Positions 1 to 6,769 of a stretch of DNA of 64,000 nucleotides are shown piece by piece. The translations under genes and the position numbers were made by a program. Each line of letters starts with the position of its first letter. Positions within the stretch are counted from its first letter, which is position 1. Source of the DNA: a virus; IMG/VR virus record IMGVR_UViG_3300049259_000288, positions 12,961 through 76,960 of that record, one strand, 5' to 3'. Below the pieces are notes generated by a model. That model worked only from the letters and a program-made list of their open reading frames with translations. It was not told where the DNA came from and did not search any database.

Positions 1-1
1 G

Positions 2-199
2 AACGGCCAGACCTGGCAGTTCAGCAACGCCGGCACCGACGCCTATGGCAACCGCGCGAAGTCCTACAGCCAGGGGATCTTCCACACGCTTGACGCCGGT
101 CGCATGGCCGCCCTCGGCTACTTTCAGGCACCGATCGAAGCGATGCTGCTCGCTCCGCCGGAGCGCCGGCGTCCCGTCCTCGCCCAGTTCCTCAGCTAG
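2..199 (+). CDS. C-terminal fragment of probable terminase large subunit (5' end outside window)
   Basis: Frame 2 is open from the window start: NGQTWQFSN...GIFHTLDAGRMAALG...FLS*. HxxDA-R resembles the terminal terminase nuclease motif. It lies upstream of the head module. Confidence 0.55.
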   Translation, partial: NGQTWQFSNAGTDAYGNRAKSYSQGIFHTLDAGRMAALGYFQAPIEAMLLAPPERRRPVLAQFLS

Positions 200-206
200 G
201 AGGCCC

Positions 207-509
207 ATGACCACCGACCACATCTACGCCCCGTTCACCGCGGAGCAGGTCACCACGCTGAACCACTACCAGCACAGCGGCCACTTCCATCCGTTCACCT
301 GCGGGCGCTGCCGCGACAAGCTCGGCACCGGCGCGTGGCCGCACCAGCCATACCAGGGACCGCACGACGACCGCCTGCTCGTGGCCACGCTCAACGGCTG
401 GATCTGCCCGACATGCGATTACACCCAAGACTGGGCGCACGCCTTCATGGCGGCCGCCGACGCTCCGTGGATGCAGCCGGGCTACGCGGGACCGCTCGGT
501 GTCCGCTGA
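207..509 (+). CDS. hypothetical Zn-binding phage protein
   Basis: GGAGG RBS before ATG; HPFTCGRC and WICPTC motifs. Confidence 0.7.
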   Translation: MTTDHIYAPFTAEQVTTLNHYQHSGHFHPFTCGRCRDKLGTGAWPHQPYQGPHDDRLLVATLNGWICPTCDYTQDWAHAFMAAADAPWMQPGYAGPLGVR

Positions 510-819
510 GAGCGACATCGCACTCGCGCAGTCGGGCACCTGGTGGGACGTGCGGAACTGGCCGCGGTACCGCAGCGACCCCTTCCCGCACGAGACCGTG
601 ACCGAGAGCGGGCTCAAGATGCTCCTCGACCTCGCGCGGGACGGCGATGATCTCTGCGATATCACCACCCAGATGCGCCACTACGACCTGCGGAAAGGCT
701 CGGAGGTGCGCGACGCCGTGTGCATGATGCCCAAGGGCCACGACACACCGCACCTTCCCCAGGACGTGGCCACCCTCGACGGTGTCGGTCGCATGATCGT
801 GCGAAGCGTGAGTTCCTGA
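499..819 (+). CDS. hypothetical protein
   Basis: Overlapping start/stop chain with neighbours. Confidence 0.6.
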   Translation: MSAESDIALAQSGTWWDVRNWPRYRSDPFPHETVTESGLKMLLDLARDGDDLCDITTQMRHYDLRKGSEVRDAVCMMPKGHDTPHLPQDVATLDGVGRMIVRSVSS

Positions 820-1094
820 TGGTCGCTCCGCGCGCTGAGACGATCTTCGACTGGAACCGCCACGTTGTGGTCGGCGTCGTGCTGCGGTGTCCCGAGTGCT
901 CGGGCGTCCTCGCGAACCCGCTGCGCGTCGAGACGATCGCCGACTACGTGGGCGTCGGGGGCATCGCGGTCCCCGAGCTCGTGCGCAACGCCGGCGCGCT
1001 CGGCTTCATCCTGCGGTGCGACGTGTGCGGCTTCCGTGTCGAGATGCACGGCGACCGGCTGCCCACCGTCGCGATGCTCAAGGACTTCCGCTGA
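819..1094 (+). CDS. hypothetical Zn-ribbon protein
   Basis: TGATG coupling; CPEC...CDVC. Confidence 0.6.
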   Translation: MVAPRAETIFDWNRHVVVGVVLRCPECSGVLANPLRVETIADYVGVGGIAVPELVRNAGALGFILRCDVCGFRVEMHGDRLPTVAMLKDFR

Positions 1095-1366
1095 TGGTCC
1101 GCGTCGAGACCGTTGGCTCGGTGTGGCTGATCGACGAGACCGAGGGTCGCTACTGCCGCTTCCCGCTCGAGGAGAAGCCGCGCGAGCGGGCCGAGTGGGG
1201 CGACGAGCGCGCCGGTGACCTGCAGGACCTCGTATGGCACGACTTCGCCGGTCAGTGGCGCATCGACGACTACACCGGCCGGCTCTTCATCGAGACGCGT
1301 TGGAGCGAGGACGAGGGCTGGTGGGTGGTCACGGCCCCCCGTGCCCGCGTGGTCAGCGAGACGTGA
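1094..1366 (+). CDS. hypothetical protein
   Basis: TGATG coupling; Trp-rich. Confidence 0.6.
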   Translation: MVRVETVGSVWLIDETEGRYCRFPLEEKPRERAEWGDERAGDLQDLVWHDFAGQWRIDDYTGRLFIETRWSEDEGWWVVTAPRARVVSET

Positions 1367-2085
1367 GCGAGGACCTCTGGGCGCAGCGCGACGACCCGCG
1401 CGTGCGCGAGCGGCTGATCCTGCAGTACCAGCCGCTCGTCGAGCGTGTCGCCGGCGGCATGTCGACCGGCCTGCCGGCGAGCGTCGATCGAGCCGACCTC
1501 GTCGCCGACGGCATCTTCGGTCTGATCGAGGCGGTCGAGTCCTTCGATCCCTCCGTCGGCGCGCAGTTCGAGTCCTTCGCGATGCGTCGCATCCGTGGCG
1601 CCATCCTGGATGCGCTGCGCTCGATCGACTGGGCTCCCCGGACGATCAGGATGAACGCGCGCCAGCTCGAGCGCGTGCGCAGCGACCTGCAGGCCGAGCT
1701 CAATCGCACGCCGACCGAGGCCGAGATCGGCGCCGAGATGGGCATGAGCGAGGAGTCCGTGGCGCGCCTGATGGGCGAGGTCAACGTGGCTCAGGTGGGT
1801 CGCTTCGACGCCGAACTCGAGCAGTGGCACGGCTACGTGTCCCGCAGCGACAACCCCGGCGCTCCGGAGTTCCGGCTGTTCGACCCCGAGCGCCTGGCCG
1901 ACCTGCTGGCCGACGCCATCGTCGAGCTCACGGGCCGGGAGCGCGTGGTCTTCACGCTGTACTACGTGGAGGAGGTCACCTTCAAGGAGATCGGCGAGCT
2001 CCTCGGCGTGTCGAAGGTGCGCGTCAGCCAGCTGCGCGACGACGCCATGCTGCGCGTCAAGGAACACCTGGCGAAGGCGTCATGA
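1363..2085 (+). CDS. RNA polymerase sigma factor, FliA/WhiG (sigma-28) family
   Basis: RERLILQYQPLV...DLVADGIFGLIEAVESFDP...FESFAMRRIRGAILDALRSIDWAPR; region 4 LTGRERVVFTLYYVEEVTFKEIGELLGVSKVRVSQL. Confidence 0.95.
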   Translation: MSEDLWAQRDDPRVRERLILQYQPLVERVAGGMSTGLPASVDRADLVADGIFGLIEAVESFDPSVGAQFESFAMRRIRGAILDALRSIDWAPRTIRMNARQLERVRSDLQAELNRTPTEAEIGAEMGMSEESVARLMGEVNVAQVGRFDAELEQWHGYVSRSDNPGAPEFRLFDPERLADLLADAIVELTGRERVVFTLYYVEEVTFKEIGELLGVSKVRVSQLRDDAMLRVKEHLAKAS

Positions 2086-2210
2086 ACACGATCGAGAAGG
2101 CCATCTACACCGCCGACCGCGTGCTCACCGACAGGTTCCGCATCTGGTGGCGGCGGCGCCACGGCATCTACACCATCGGTCGATGGAAGTACCCGTGGCG
2201 ATCCTCGTGA
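2082..2210 (+). CDS. small basic hypothetical protein
   Basis: ATGA overlap with the sigma stop; 42 aa. Confidence 0.45.
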   Translation: MNTIEKAIYTADRVLTDRFRIWWRRRHGIYTIGRWKYPWRSS

Positions 2211-2226
2211 CGATCGCATAGACGCC
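2204..2226. repeat. left arm of long-range inverted repeat bounding the tRNA operon
   Basis: CTCGTGACGATCGCATAGACGCC is the reverse complement of 7541-7564 (14-bp perfect core, one mismatch, one bulge). Confidence 0.85.
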
Positions 2227-2302
2227 TGGCTCGGGGAGCACGGTTCGAACGTGCATCGTCCTGATCCAAAGTCAGGCGTCTTTCCGCTTAGACCACCCCC
2301 GA
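2227..2302 (-). tRNA. tRNA-Gln(TTG)
   Basis: CCTGA-CTTTGGA-TCAGG; TTCGAA T-loop; encoded CCA. Confidence 0.92.
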
Positions 2303-2380
2303 ACGAAGAACCAGCAAGGGGGTCCCTTTCGGGACCCCCAGGCCGGGATAGAGCACCGCCTCGCGGCGGGGGCTTCGTAG
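2303..2380 (-). ncRNA. structured spacer (two GNRA hairpins in a closing stem); ncRNA or processing element
   Basis: ACGAAG/CTTCGT closes CCGCC-GCGA-GGCGG and GGGGGTCCC-GAAA-GGGACCCCC. Confidence 0.4.
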
Positions 2381-2391
2381 CGCAGGTGATC

Positions 2392-2940
2392 CTACGCGAC
2401 GGCGCCGGCGACGTTGTCGATGGGGAGGTACGGGGCCCACGTCGGGTTGGCCTCGCGGATCCCCATGAGCAACCAGTACGTGCCCGTCGGGACGTAGGGC
2501 TTGAACGCGAGAACCCAGTCCATCTCGGCCAGCGTGTGAGCGGCCTTCCGCGCGTTGCACGGACGGCACGCGGCCACGACGTTGGTCCAGGTGTGCCGGC
2601 CACCCCGCGACCGCGGGTGAACATGGTCGACGGTGGTGCCGCGCCGCGGCGCCCACTGCCGTTCCCCGCGGTGGTTCTCGGGGATGCAGTAGGCGCACCG
2701 GTGCTCGTCACGCCGCAGGACCGCGGCGTTCGACAGCGCGATGCGCGCGGTGTACGGCACCTGCACGTACTTCCGCAGGCGGATCACCTCGGGCACGGGC
2801 ACCGAGGCGCGTGCTGAGTGGTAGGCGTCGTCACCGGCCTCGAGCACCTCGGCCTTCTCGGCCATGACGAGCACGACGGCCCGGCGGGTGTCGATGATCC
2901 GAAGCGGGGTGTAGTCAGCATTGATCAGCAGGGCCGCCAT
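2392..2940 (-). CDS. HNH endonuclease (actinobacterial McrA-like)
   Basis: LLINADYTPL...VLRRDEHRCAYC...TVDHVHPRSRGG.HTWTNVVAACRPCNARK. Confidence 0.92.
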   Translation of the reverse strand: MAALLINADYTPLRIIDTRRAVVLVMAEKAEVLEAGDDAYHSARASVPVPEVIRLRKYVQVPYTARIALSNAAVLRRDEHRCAYCIPENHRGERQWAPRRGTTVDHVHPRSRGGRHTWTNVVAACRPCNARKAAHTLAEMDWVLAFKPYVPTGTYWLLMGIREANPTWAPYLPIDNVAGAVA

Positions 2941-2956
2941 CTGCGTCTCCTTTCCT

Positions 2957-3688
2957 TCATCGTTGGCGCGCCCTTGTTTGCGCATCCAGTCGTTGTTGTC
3001 GTTGGACCGGGTCGGCCCAAACCTTCCGCTGTGCCTCGGCCATGCGCGCGCGGGTCTCCTCGCTCACGACCCGCGCGGTGTTCATCTGCGCGATGGCTTC
3101 CCGCTGCGTCTCGGTGCGCTCGTAGCGCCCGACGCCAGGCGAGGGTCCGTTCCTGGCGTAGGTTGCACGCAGGGACGCAGCGATCTTGGACCGGGTCTCA
3201 TCTGAGAGCCGTCGCCCGGTGTTCGACCTGGCGATCTTCGCGATGACTTCGGGCGCTCGTGGGCGGTCTTTGAGCGTCGCGCGTATCTTTTCGCGAACCA
3301 CCGTGGGCATGGGCCCCTTGGGCTTGCCCCTTTGCCAGGCTGACATCTTCGCCTTTGTTGACACGGAGTGGTGATGGCCTGTCAGACCTTCGCCGCCATC
3401 CGTGTGATTCGTGAGTCGGGCTACAGCGCGGTAGTGCTGGATCCAGTGGCGTTCGCGAGCGGCCCAGTCCTCGCGACCGTCTACGACCTCCACGAGCTGG
3501 ATGATCGGCGGCGAGTTGTCTGCGAGACATCTTCTGATCCACCGATCACGATGGGTGGAGGTTCGACCGGATCGCGCAGACCAAAGGTGGTAGGCGAGCC
3601 GGTCGCCCAGTGGCTTGACGGTCTTTCCGACGTACCGGATTTCGTTGGAACGCTGGTCGATGAGCACATAGATGGACGTGGGTTGCAC
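2957..3688 (-). CDS. GIY-YIG homing endonuclease with NUMOD3 repeats
   Basis: IYVLID...IRYVGKT...RL.YH...E..WI..Y...LTN.TDGGEG; HSVSTKAKMS and LSDETRSKIA repeats. Confidence 0.88.
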   Translation of the reverse strand: MQPTSIYVLIDQRSNEIRYVGKTVKPLGDRLAYHLWSARSGRTSTHRDRWIRRCLADNSPPIIQLVEVVDGREDWAARERHWIQHYRAVARLTNHTDGGEGLTGHHHSVSTKAKMSAWQRGKPKGPMPTVVREKIRATLKDRPRAPEVIAKIARSNTGRRLSDETRSKIAASLRATYARNGPSPGVGRYERTETQREAIAQMNTARVVSEETRARMAEAQRKVWADPVQRQQRLDAQTRARQR

Positions 3689-3696
3689 GATCTCCG

Positions 3697-3718
3697 ACAG
3701 TAAACGGAGGGTGTGACG
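3697..3718 (-). promoter_or_regulatory. PafBC/RecA-NDp-like promoter, leaderless GIY-YIG gene
   Basis: CGTCA-N11-TACTGT, 8 nt before GTG. Confidence 0.6.
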
Positions 3719-3723
3719 GAAAG

Positions 3724-3795
3724 CTCCGGGACGAGGACTTGAACCCCGTATTCGAGGTCCAGAACCTCGCGTGTTGCCGATTACACCATCCCGGA
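3724..3795 (-). tRNA. tRNA-Gln(CTG)
   Basis: CGAGG-TTCTGGA-CCTCG. Confidence 0.92.
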
Positions 3796-3802
3796 ATGAT
3801 GG

Positions 3803-3877
3803 TGGTCGGGAACCGGGGAGTCGAACCCCGCGCCTTCTGCCCCCCAGGCAGACGTGCTACCGCTGCACCAGTTCCCG
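3803..3877 (-). tRNA. tRNA-Pro(GGG)
   Basis: TCTGC-CTGGGGG-GCAGA; CCA. Confidence 0.92.
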
Positions 3878-3884
3878 TTGTCGA

Positions 3885-3959
3885 TGGTCAGGGTGACACG
3901 AGTCGAACGTGCATCCTCCTGCCCCCAAAGCAGGCGCGCGGCCTTTGCGCTACACCCTG
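3885..3959 (-). tRNA. tRNA-Pro(TGG)
   Basis: CCTGC-TTTGGGG-GCAGG; CCA. Confidence 0.92.
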
Positions 3960-3964
3960 TTGCG

Positions 3965-4039
3965 TCTAGCTGGGGAGATTTGAACTCCCGACCTCCTCGT
4001 CCCGAACGAGGCGCGCTGACCAAGCTGCGCTACAGCTAG
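3965..4039 (-). tRNA. tRNA-Pro(CGG)
   Basis: CCTCG-TTCGGGA-CGAGG. Confidence 0.92.
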
Positions 4040-4040
4040 T

Positions 4041-4115
4041 TGGCGTCCCCGGCACGACTCGAACGTGCGCGCTGCGATTTAGAAGATCGCGGCTCTGCCG
4101 CTGAGCTACGGGGAC
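4041..4115 (-). tRNA. tRNA-Arg(TCT)
   Basis: GCGAT-CTTCTAA-ATCGC; GCCA end. Confidence 0.92.
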
Positions 4116-4120
4116 TCGCG

Positions 4121-4193
4121 AGCCGGTGACAGGAGTCGAACCTGCGCGTTCCGCATTACGAGGGCGGTGCTCAGCCACCCGAGCATCACCGGC
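4121..4193 (-). tRNA. tRNA-Thr(CGT)
   Basis: CCGCC-CTCGTAA-TGCGG. Confidence 0.88.
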
Positions 4194-4235
4194 GAGAACT
4201 ACTAAATCGCGAAGAACTAGTAGAGAACTAGTAGT
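4194..4235. repeat. AT-rich spacer with three AGAACTAsTAr direct repeats
   Basis: gAGAACTACTAA...AGAACTAGTAG AGAACTAGTAG. Confidence 0.6.
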
Positions 4236-4238
4236 TGG

Positions 4239-4314
4239 TGGTACCCGCGGCGCGAGTCGAACGCGCAAACACCTGATCTTGAGTCAGGCGGCTCGCCGGA
4301 TGGCCTACGCGGGC
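4239..4314 (-). tRNA. tRNA-Leu(CAA), short variable loop
   Basis: CCTGA-CTCAAGA-TCAGG; ACCA. Confidence 0.88.
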
Positions 4315-4319
4315 TTGCG

Positions 4320-4394
4320 TGTCCACGACAGGCGTCGAACCTGCACGTTACGACGGTCTGAACGTCGCTCCTCTGCCAGTTGGGATACGTGGAC
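4320..4394 (-). tRNA. tRNA-Leu(CAG), short variable loop
   Basis: CGACG-TTCAGAC-CGTCG. Confidence 0.88.
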
Positions 4395-4395
4395 G

Positions 4396-4472
4396 TGGTA
4401 CTCGGGATGGGATTTGAACCCACACGCACCACGCTCTCGACGTGGCGGCTTTGCCGATTTGCCTACCCGAGC
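4396..4472 (-). tRNA. tRNA-Leu(GAG), short variable loop, C33
   Basis: CCACG-TCGAGAG-CGTGG; ACCA. Confidence 0.85.
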
Positions 4473-4479
4473 TTGGTGC

Positions 4480-4553
4480 TGGTGGACCCGACGGGAGTTG
4501 AACCCGCAATCGTCTCCTTGCAGGGGAGGTGCTAGCCGTTCAGCTTCGAGCCC
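4480..4553 (-). tRNA. tRNA-Ala(TGC), C33
   Basis: G3-U70 identity pair; loop CCTGCAA; ACCA. Confidence 0.88.
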
Positions 4554-4557
4554 GAGA

Positions 4558-4646
4558 TGGTTGGTGCGGCTGCCCACGCTCGTCAGCGCGAAGCATCACG
4601 GCAGGGGCTCTCCCGATGCGCTCGGGCGCCTTTCTCAGCCGCACCA
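4558..4646 (-). ncRNA. CCA-ended non-cloverleaf RNA with 11-bp terminal stem
   Basis: TGGTGCGGCTG/CAGCCGCACCA followed by ACCA; two internal hairpins; no T-loop or anticodon arm. Confidence 0.55.
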
Positions 4647-4647
4647 G

Positions 4648-4719
4648 TGGAGCCACGGAGAATCGAACTCCGACCTTCGCCATGCCATGGCGGCGTGCTG
4701 CCACTATCACTATGGCCCC
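4648..4719 (-). tRNA. tRNA-Ala(GGC)
   Basis: G3-U70; loop ATGGCAT. Confidence 0.9.
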
Positions 4720-4721
4720 GT

Positions 4722-4780
4722 AGAACGTGCTCGGCCCGGCTACGGATCCCTTGGGATTCCGACCGGGCCGAGACGCTTCT
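4722..4780 (-). ncRNA. long imperfect hairpin between tRNAs
   Basis: CTCGGCCCGG/CCGGGCCGAG 10-bp core, extended at both ends. Confidence 0.4.
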
Positions 4781-4788
4781 CTCGCAAA

Positions 4789-4867
4789 TGGTGGCAGGGA
4801 GAGGATTTGAACCTCCGACCTCCGGGTTATGGGCCCGGCGAGCACATCCAGGCTGCTCCACCCTGCG
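4789..4867 (-). tRNA. initiator tRNA-fMet(CAT)
   Basis: 1:72 mismatch; GGG/CCC anticodon stem; loop CCCATAA. Confidence 0.9.
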
Positions 4868-4912
4868 TCGCTCTTGAGACGATACGCCTTGGCGCCGGCG
4901 TCGTCCAGTGTT

Positions 4913-4986
4913 TGGTACCGGTGCTCGGAGTCGAACCGAAGTCCGCGCGGGTATGGGCCGCACGTCGCACGCCTGTCATCACCGGC
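4913..4986 (-). tRNA. tRNA-Met or Ile2 (CAT), atypical D-arm
   Basis: TGCGG-CCCATAC-CCGCG; TTCGAC; ACCA. Confidence 0.75.
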
Positions 4987-4987
4987 A

Positions 4988-5013
4988 TGAACCTTCTCGT
5001 CGATGTCGCCGAT
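4988..5013 (+). promoter_or_regulatory. sigma-28-type promoter firing antisense inside the tRNA array
   Basis: TGAA-N16-GCCGATCG; GTG at 5023. Confidence 0.7.
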
Positions 5014-5022
5014 CGACGGGAT

Positions 5023-5145
5023 GTGAAGCTGAGCTCGCGTGCGGTCACCAACATCCTGACGATCATCGTGCTGATCGTGGCGCTGCTGCCGCTCGAGGTG
5101 TGGCTCCTCGACAACATCTTTCACTTCGGATACAGCGGCGACTAG
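5023..5145 (+). CDS. small single-pass membrane protein
   Basis: VKLSSRAVTNILTIIVLIVALLPLEVWLLDNIFHFGYSGD; fills the gap between two tRNAs. Confidence 0.65.
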   Translation: MKLSSRAVTNILTIIVLIVALLPLEVWLLDNIFHFGYSGD

Positions 5146-5146
5146 A

Positions 5147-5220
5147 TGGGGTGACCGAGCGGAATTGAACCGCCATCACCAGGGCCACAACCTGGCGCTC
5201 TACCATTGAGCTACGGCCAC
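5147..5220 (-). tRNA. tRNA-His(GTG)
   Basis: CCAGG-TTGTGGC-CCTGG; C73 plus CCA; no genomic G-1. Confidence 0.92.
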
Positions 5221-5222
5221 AG

Positions 5223-5295
5223 TAGGCGTGGGGGGAGTCGAACCCCCGCAACACAGCGTGTGGAGCTGCTGCTCTGGCCACTGAGCTACACGCCC
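5223..5295 (-). tRNA. tRNA-Val(CAC), C33
   Basis: GCAGC-TCCACAC-GCTGT. Confidence 0.88.
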
Positions 5296-5304
5296 GAGAA
5301 CTGC

Positions 5305-5381
5305 TGGTGCCGGCAGCGGGGATCGAACCCGCGATGCTGTCCGCTTAAAAGGCGGCTGCCTTGCCACTCGGCCACACCGGC
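5305..5381 (-). tRNA. tRNA-Lys(TTT)
   Basis: CCGC-CTTTTAA-GCGG; ACCA. Confidence 0.82.
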
Positions 5382-5389
5382 ATCGTTTC

Positions 5390-5465
5390 TGGTACGCCAT
5401 CAGGGAGTCGAACCCCGGACCCTCTCCTCATCAGGGAGATGCTCTCACCACTGAGCTAATGGCGC
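5390..5465 (-). tRNA. tRNA-Ile(GAT)
   Basis: TCTCC-CTGATGA-GGAGA. Confidence 0.9.
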
Positions 5466-5466
5466 T

Positions 5467-5542
5467 TGGTAGTCGCGACTGGATTTGAACCAGCGACCTC
5501 CTGCGTGTCGAGCAGGCGCTCTAGCCACTGAGCTACGCGACC
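5467..5542 (-). tRNA. tRNA-Val(GAC), C33
   Basis: CCTGC-TCGACAC-GCAGG. Confidence 0.9.
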
Positions 5543-5543
5543 A

Positions 5544-5620
5544 TGGTGGAACCGACTGGCGTCGAACCAGCACCCTTCCGGGCTTCAACCGGACGCTCTC
5601 CCTGCCTGAGCTTCGGTTCC
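5544..5620 (-). tRNA. tRNA-Phe(GAA)
   Basis: TCCGG-TTGAAGC-CCGGA. Confidence 0.9.
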
Positions 5621-5624
5621 ATGA

Positions 5625-5676
5625 GGCGCTTGCCCCAGAGTCGCACTGGGTGAAACGGGCTCGAAGCCCAAGCGCC
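5625..5676 (-). ncRNA. compact three-way-junction RNA between tRNAs
   Basis: GGCGCTT/AAGCGCC closes GGGCT-TCG-AGCCC and CCCAG-N7-CTGGG. Confidence 0.5.
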
Positions 5677-5678
5677 AG

Positions 5679-5752
5679 AGCCGGTGACAGGAATCGAACC
5701 CGCGTCCTTCTGCTTACAGGGCAGGTGCTCAACCAACGTGAGCTACACCGGC
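5679..5752 (-). tRNA. tRNA-Thr(TGT), C33
   Basis: CTGC-CCTGTAA-GCAG. Confidence 0.88.
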
Positions 5753-5756
5753 GAGA

Positions 5757-5831
5757 TGGAGCGGCTGACGCGAATCGAACGCGCATCACATGCTTGGAAG
5801 GCACGAGCTCTAGCCATTGAGCTACAACCGC
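5757..5831 (-). tRNA. tRNA-Gly(TCC)
   Basis: CGTGC-CTTCCAA-GCATG; TCCA. Confidence 0.92.
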
Positions 5832-5832
5832 A

Positions 5833-5909
5833 TGGAGTGTGTGACCGGGTTCGAACCGGCGACCTCGACGTTGGCAACGTCGCGCTCTGACCAACTGAGC
5901 TACACACAC
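5833..5909 (-). tRNA. tRNA-Gly(GCC)
   Basis: CGACG-TTGCCAA-CGTCG; TCCA. Confidence 0.92.
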
Positions 5910-5913
5910 GCGA

Positions 5914-5989
5914 TGGAGAGCGTGACCGGAATCGAACCGGTGAATGGACTGGGTTGCAACCAGCCGCCTTCCCACTTGGCTACACGCCC
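5914..5989 (-). tRNA. tRNA-Cys(GCA)
   Basis: GCTGG-TTGCAAC-CCAGT; U73 plus CCA. Confidence 0.92.
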
Positions 5990-5993
5990 ACGG

Positions 5994-6068
5994 CCCCGAG
6001 ACGAGGACTCGAACCCCGCTCCTTCCGCGTTAACAGCGCGGCGTCGTCGCCCGGACGACTCTCTCGGG
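5994..6068 (-). tRNA. tRNA-Asn(GTT)
   Basis: CCGCG-CTGTTAA-CGCGG. Confidence 0.88.
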
Positions 6069-6069
6069 T

Positions 6070-6145
6070 TGGTAGTCCGTACGAGATTCGAACTCGTGAT
6101 CTTCTGGTTGAGAACCAGATGTGTTCACCCCTACACCAACGGACC
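6070..6145 (-). tRNA. tRNA-Glu(CTC)
   Basis: TCTGG-TTCTCAA-CCAGA. Confidence 0.9.
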
Positions 6146-6246
6146 ATGTGCGCCGTTGACGACGTGCGCCGGCGCTGCGCTTGCCATCGAAGAGCACGGC
6201 CCTGTGCGGCCCGGAACCGTGTGGCATCTCGTCGATCGTCGCCGAG
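6146..6246 (-). ncRNA. possible structured spacer RNA
   Basis: GACGAT/GTCGTC, TGCCA/TGGCA and CACGGTTC/GGGCCGTG nested stems. Confidence 0.35.
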
Positions 6247-6319
6247 CACTCCGTACCGGATTCGAACCGGTGCCGTGACCTTGAAAGGGTCGTGTCCTTG
6301 GCCGCTAGACGAACGGAGC
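6247..6319 (-). tRNA. tRNA-Glu(TTC)
   Basis: GACC-CTTTCAA-GGTC. Confidence 0.9.
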
Positions 6320-6320
6320 A

Positions 6321-6406
6321 TGGCGGAAGGTGGAGGAATTGAACCCCTGCGCTTGCACGCACCACTGGCTTCGAACCAGCTCGCCTCACCGTCGGCGGCA
6401 CCTTCC
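6321..6406 (-). tRNA. tRNA-Ser(CGA) with 8/4 acceptor/T-stem fold
   Basis: GGAAGGTG/CACCTTCC 8-bp acceptor; 4-bp T-stem GGGG/CCTC; long variable arm; G73. Confidence 0.8.
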
Positions 6407-6411
6407 TCGAG

Positions 6412-6499
6412 CGGAGCGAGTGAGATTCGAACTCACGGCGCATTGCTGCGCGCACGTCTTTCCAGAACGGCCCGTTCAGCCAGACTCCGGCATCGCTCC
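6412..6499 (-). tRNA. tRNA-Ser(GGA)
   Basis: Loop CTGGAAA; long variable arm. Confidence 0.9.
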
Positions 6500-6503
6500 G
6501 AGA

Positions 6504-6593
6504 TGGCGGATCGTGGAGGGCTCGAACCCCCGCCAGTTCCTCACTGACGCCCCGCGCTTCAAACGCAGTTCGCCCCCACGGGCGGCACGATCC
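6504..6593 (-). tRNA. tRNA-Ser(TGA) with 8/4 acceptor/T-stem fold
   Basis: GGATCGTG/CACGATCC 8-bp acceptor; T-stem GGGG/CCTC; loop TTTGAAG. Confidence 0.8.
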
Positions 6594-6597
6594 TCGA

Positions 6598-6688
6598 TGG
6601 CGGAGACGGTGGGATTTGAACCCACGGCGCATCACTGCGCGCACGACTTAGCAGGTCGGCCCGATGAACCAGACTCTGGCACGTCTCC
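6598..6688 (-). tRNA. tRNA-Ser(GCT)
   Basis: Loop CTGCTAA; long variable arm; GCCA. Confidence 0.9.
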
Positions 6689-6692
6689 GAGA

Positions 6693-6768
6693 TGGCGTCC
6701 TCGGCGCGACTCGAACGCGCGACCTGCGCGTTAGGAGCGCGCTGCTCTCGCCACTGAGCTACGAGGAC
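6693..6768 (-). tRNA. tRNA-Arg(CCT)
   Basis: GCGCG-CTCCTAA-CGCGC. Confidence 0.92.
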
Positions 6769-6769
6769 G

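Noticed and set aside
4558-4646. Hammerhead ribozyme (CTGACGA and GAAA both present on the minus strand)
   Set aside because: No stem II closing pair next to GAAA and no UH cleavage triplet after the stem III candidate.
6504-6593. Selenocysteine or opal-suppressor tRNA
   Set aside because: The anticodon is TGA, which reads the Ser codon TCA; it is not TCA. No suppressor anticodon was found in the array.
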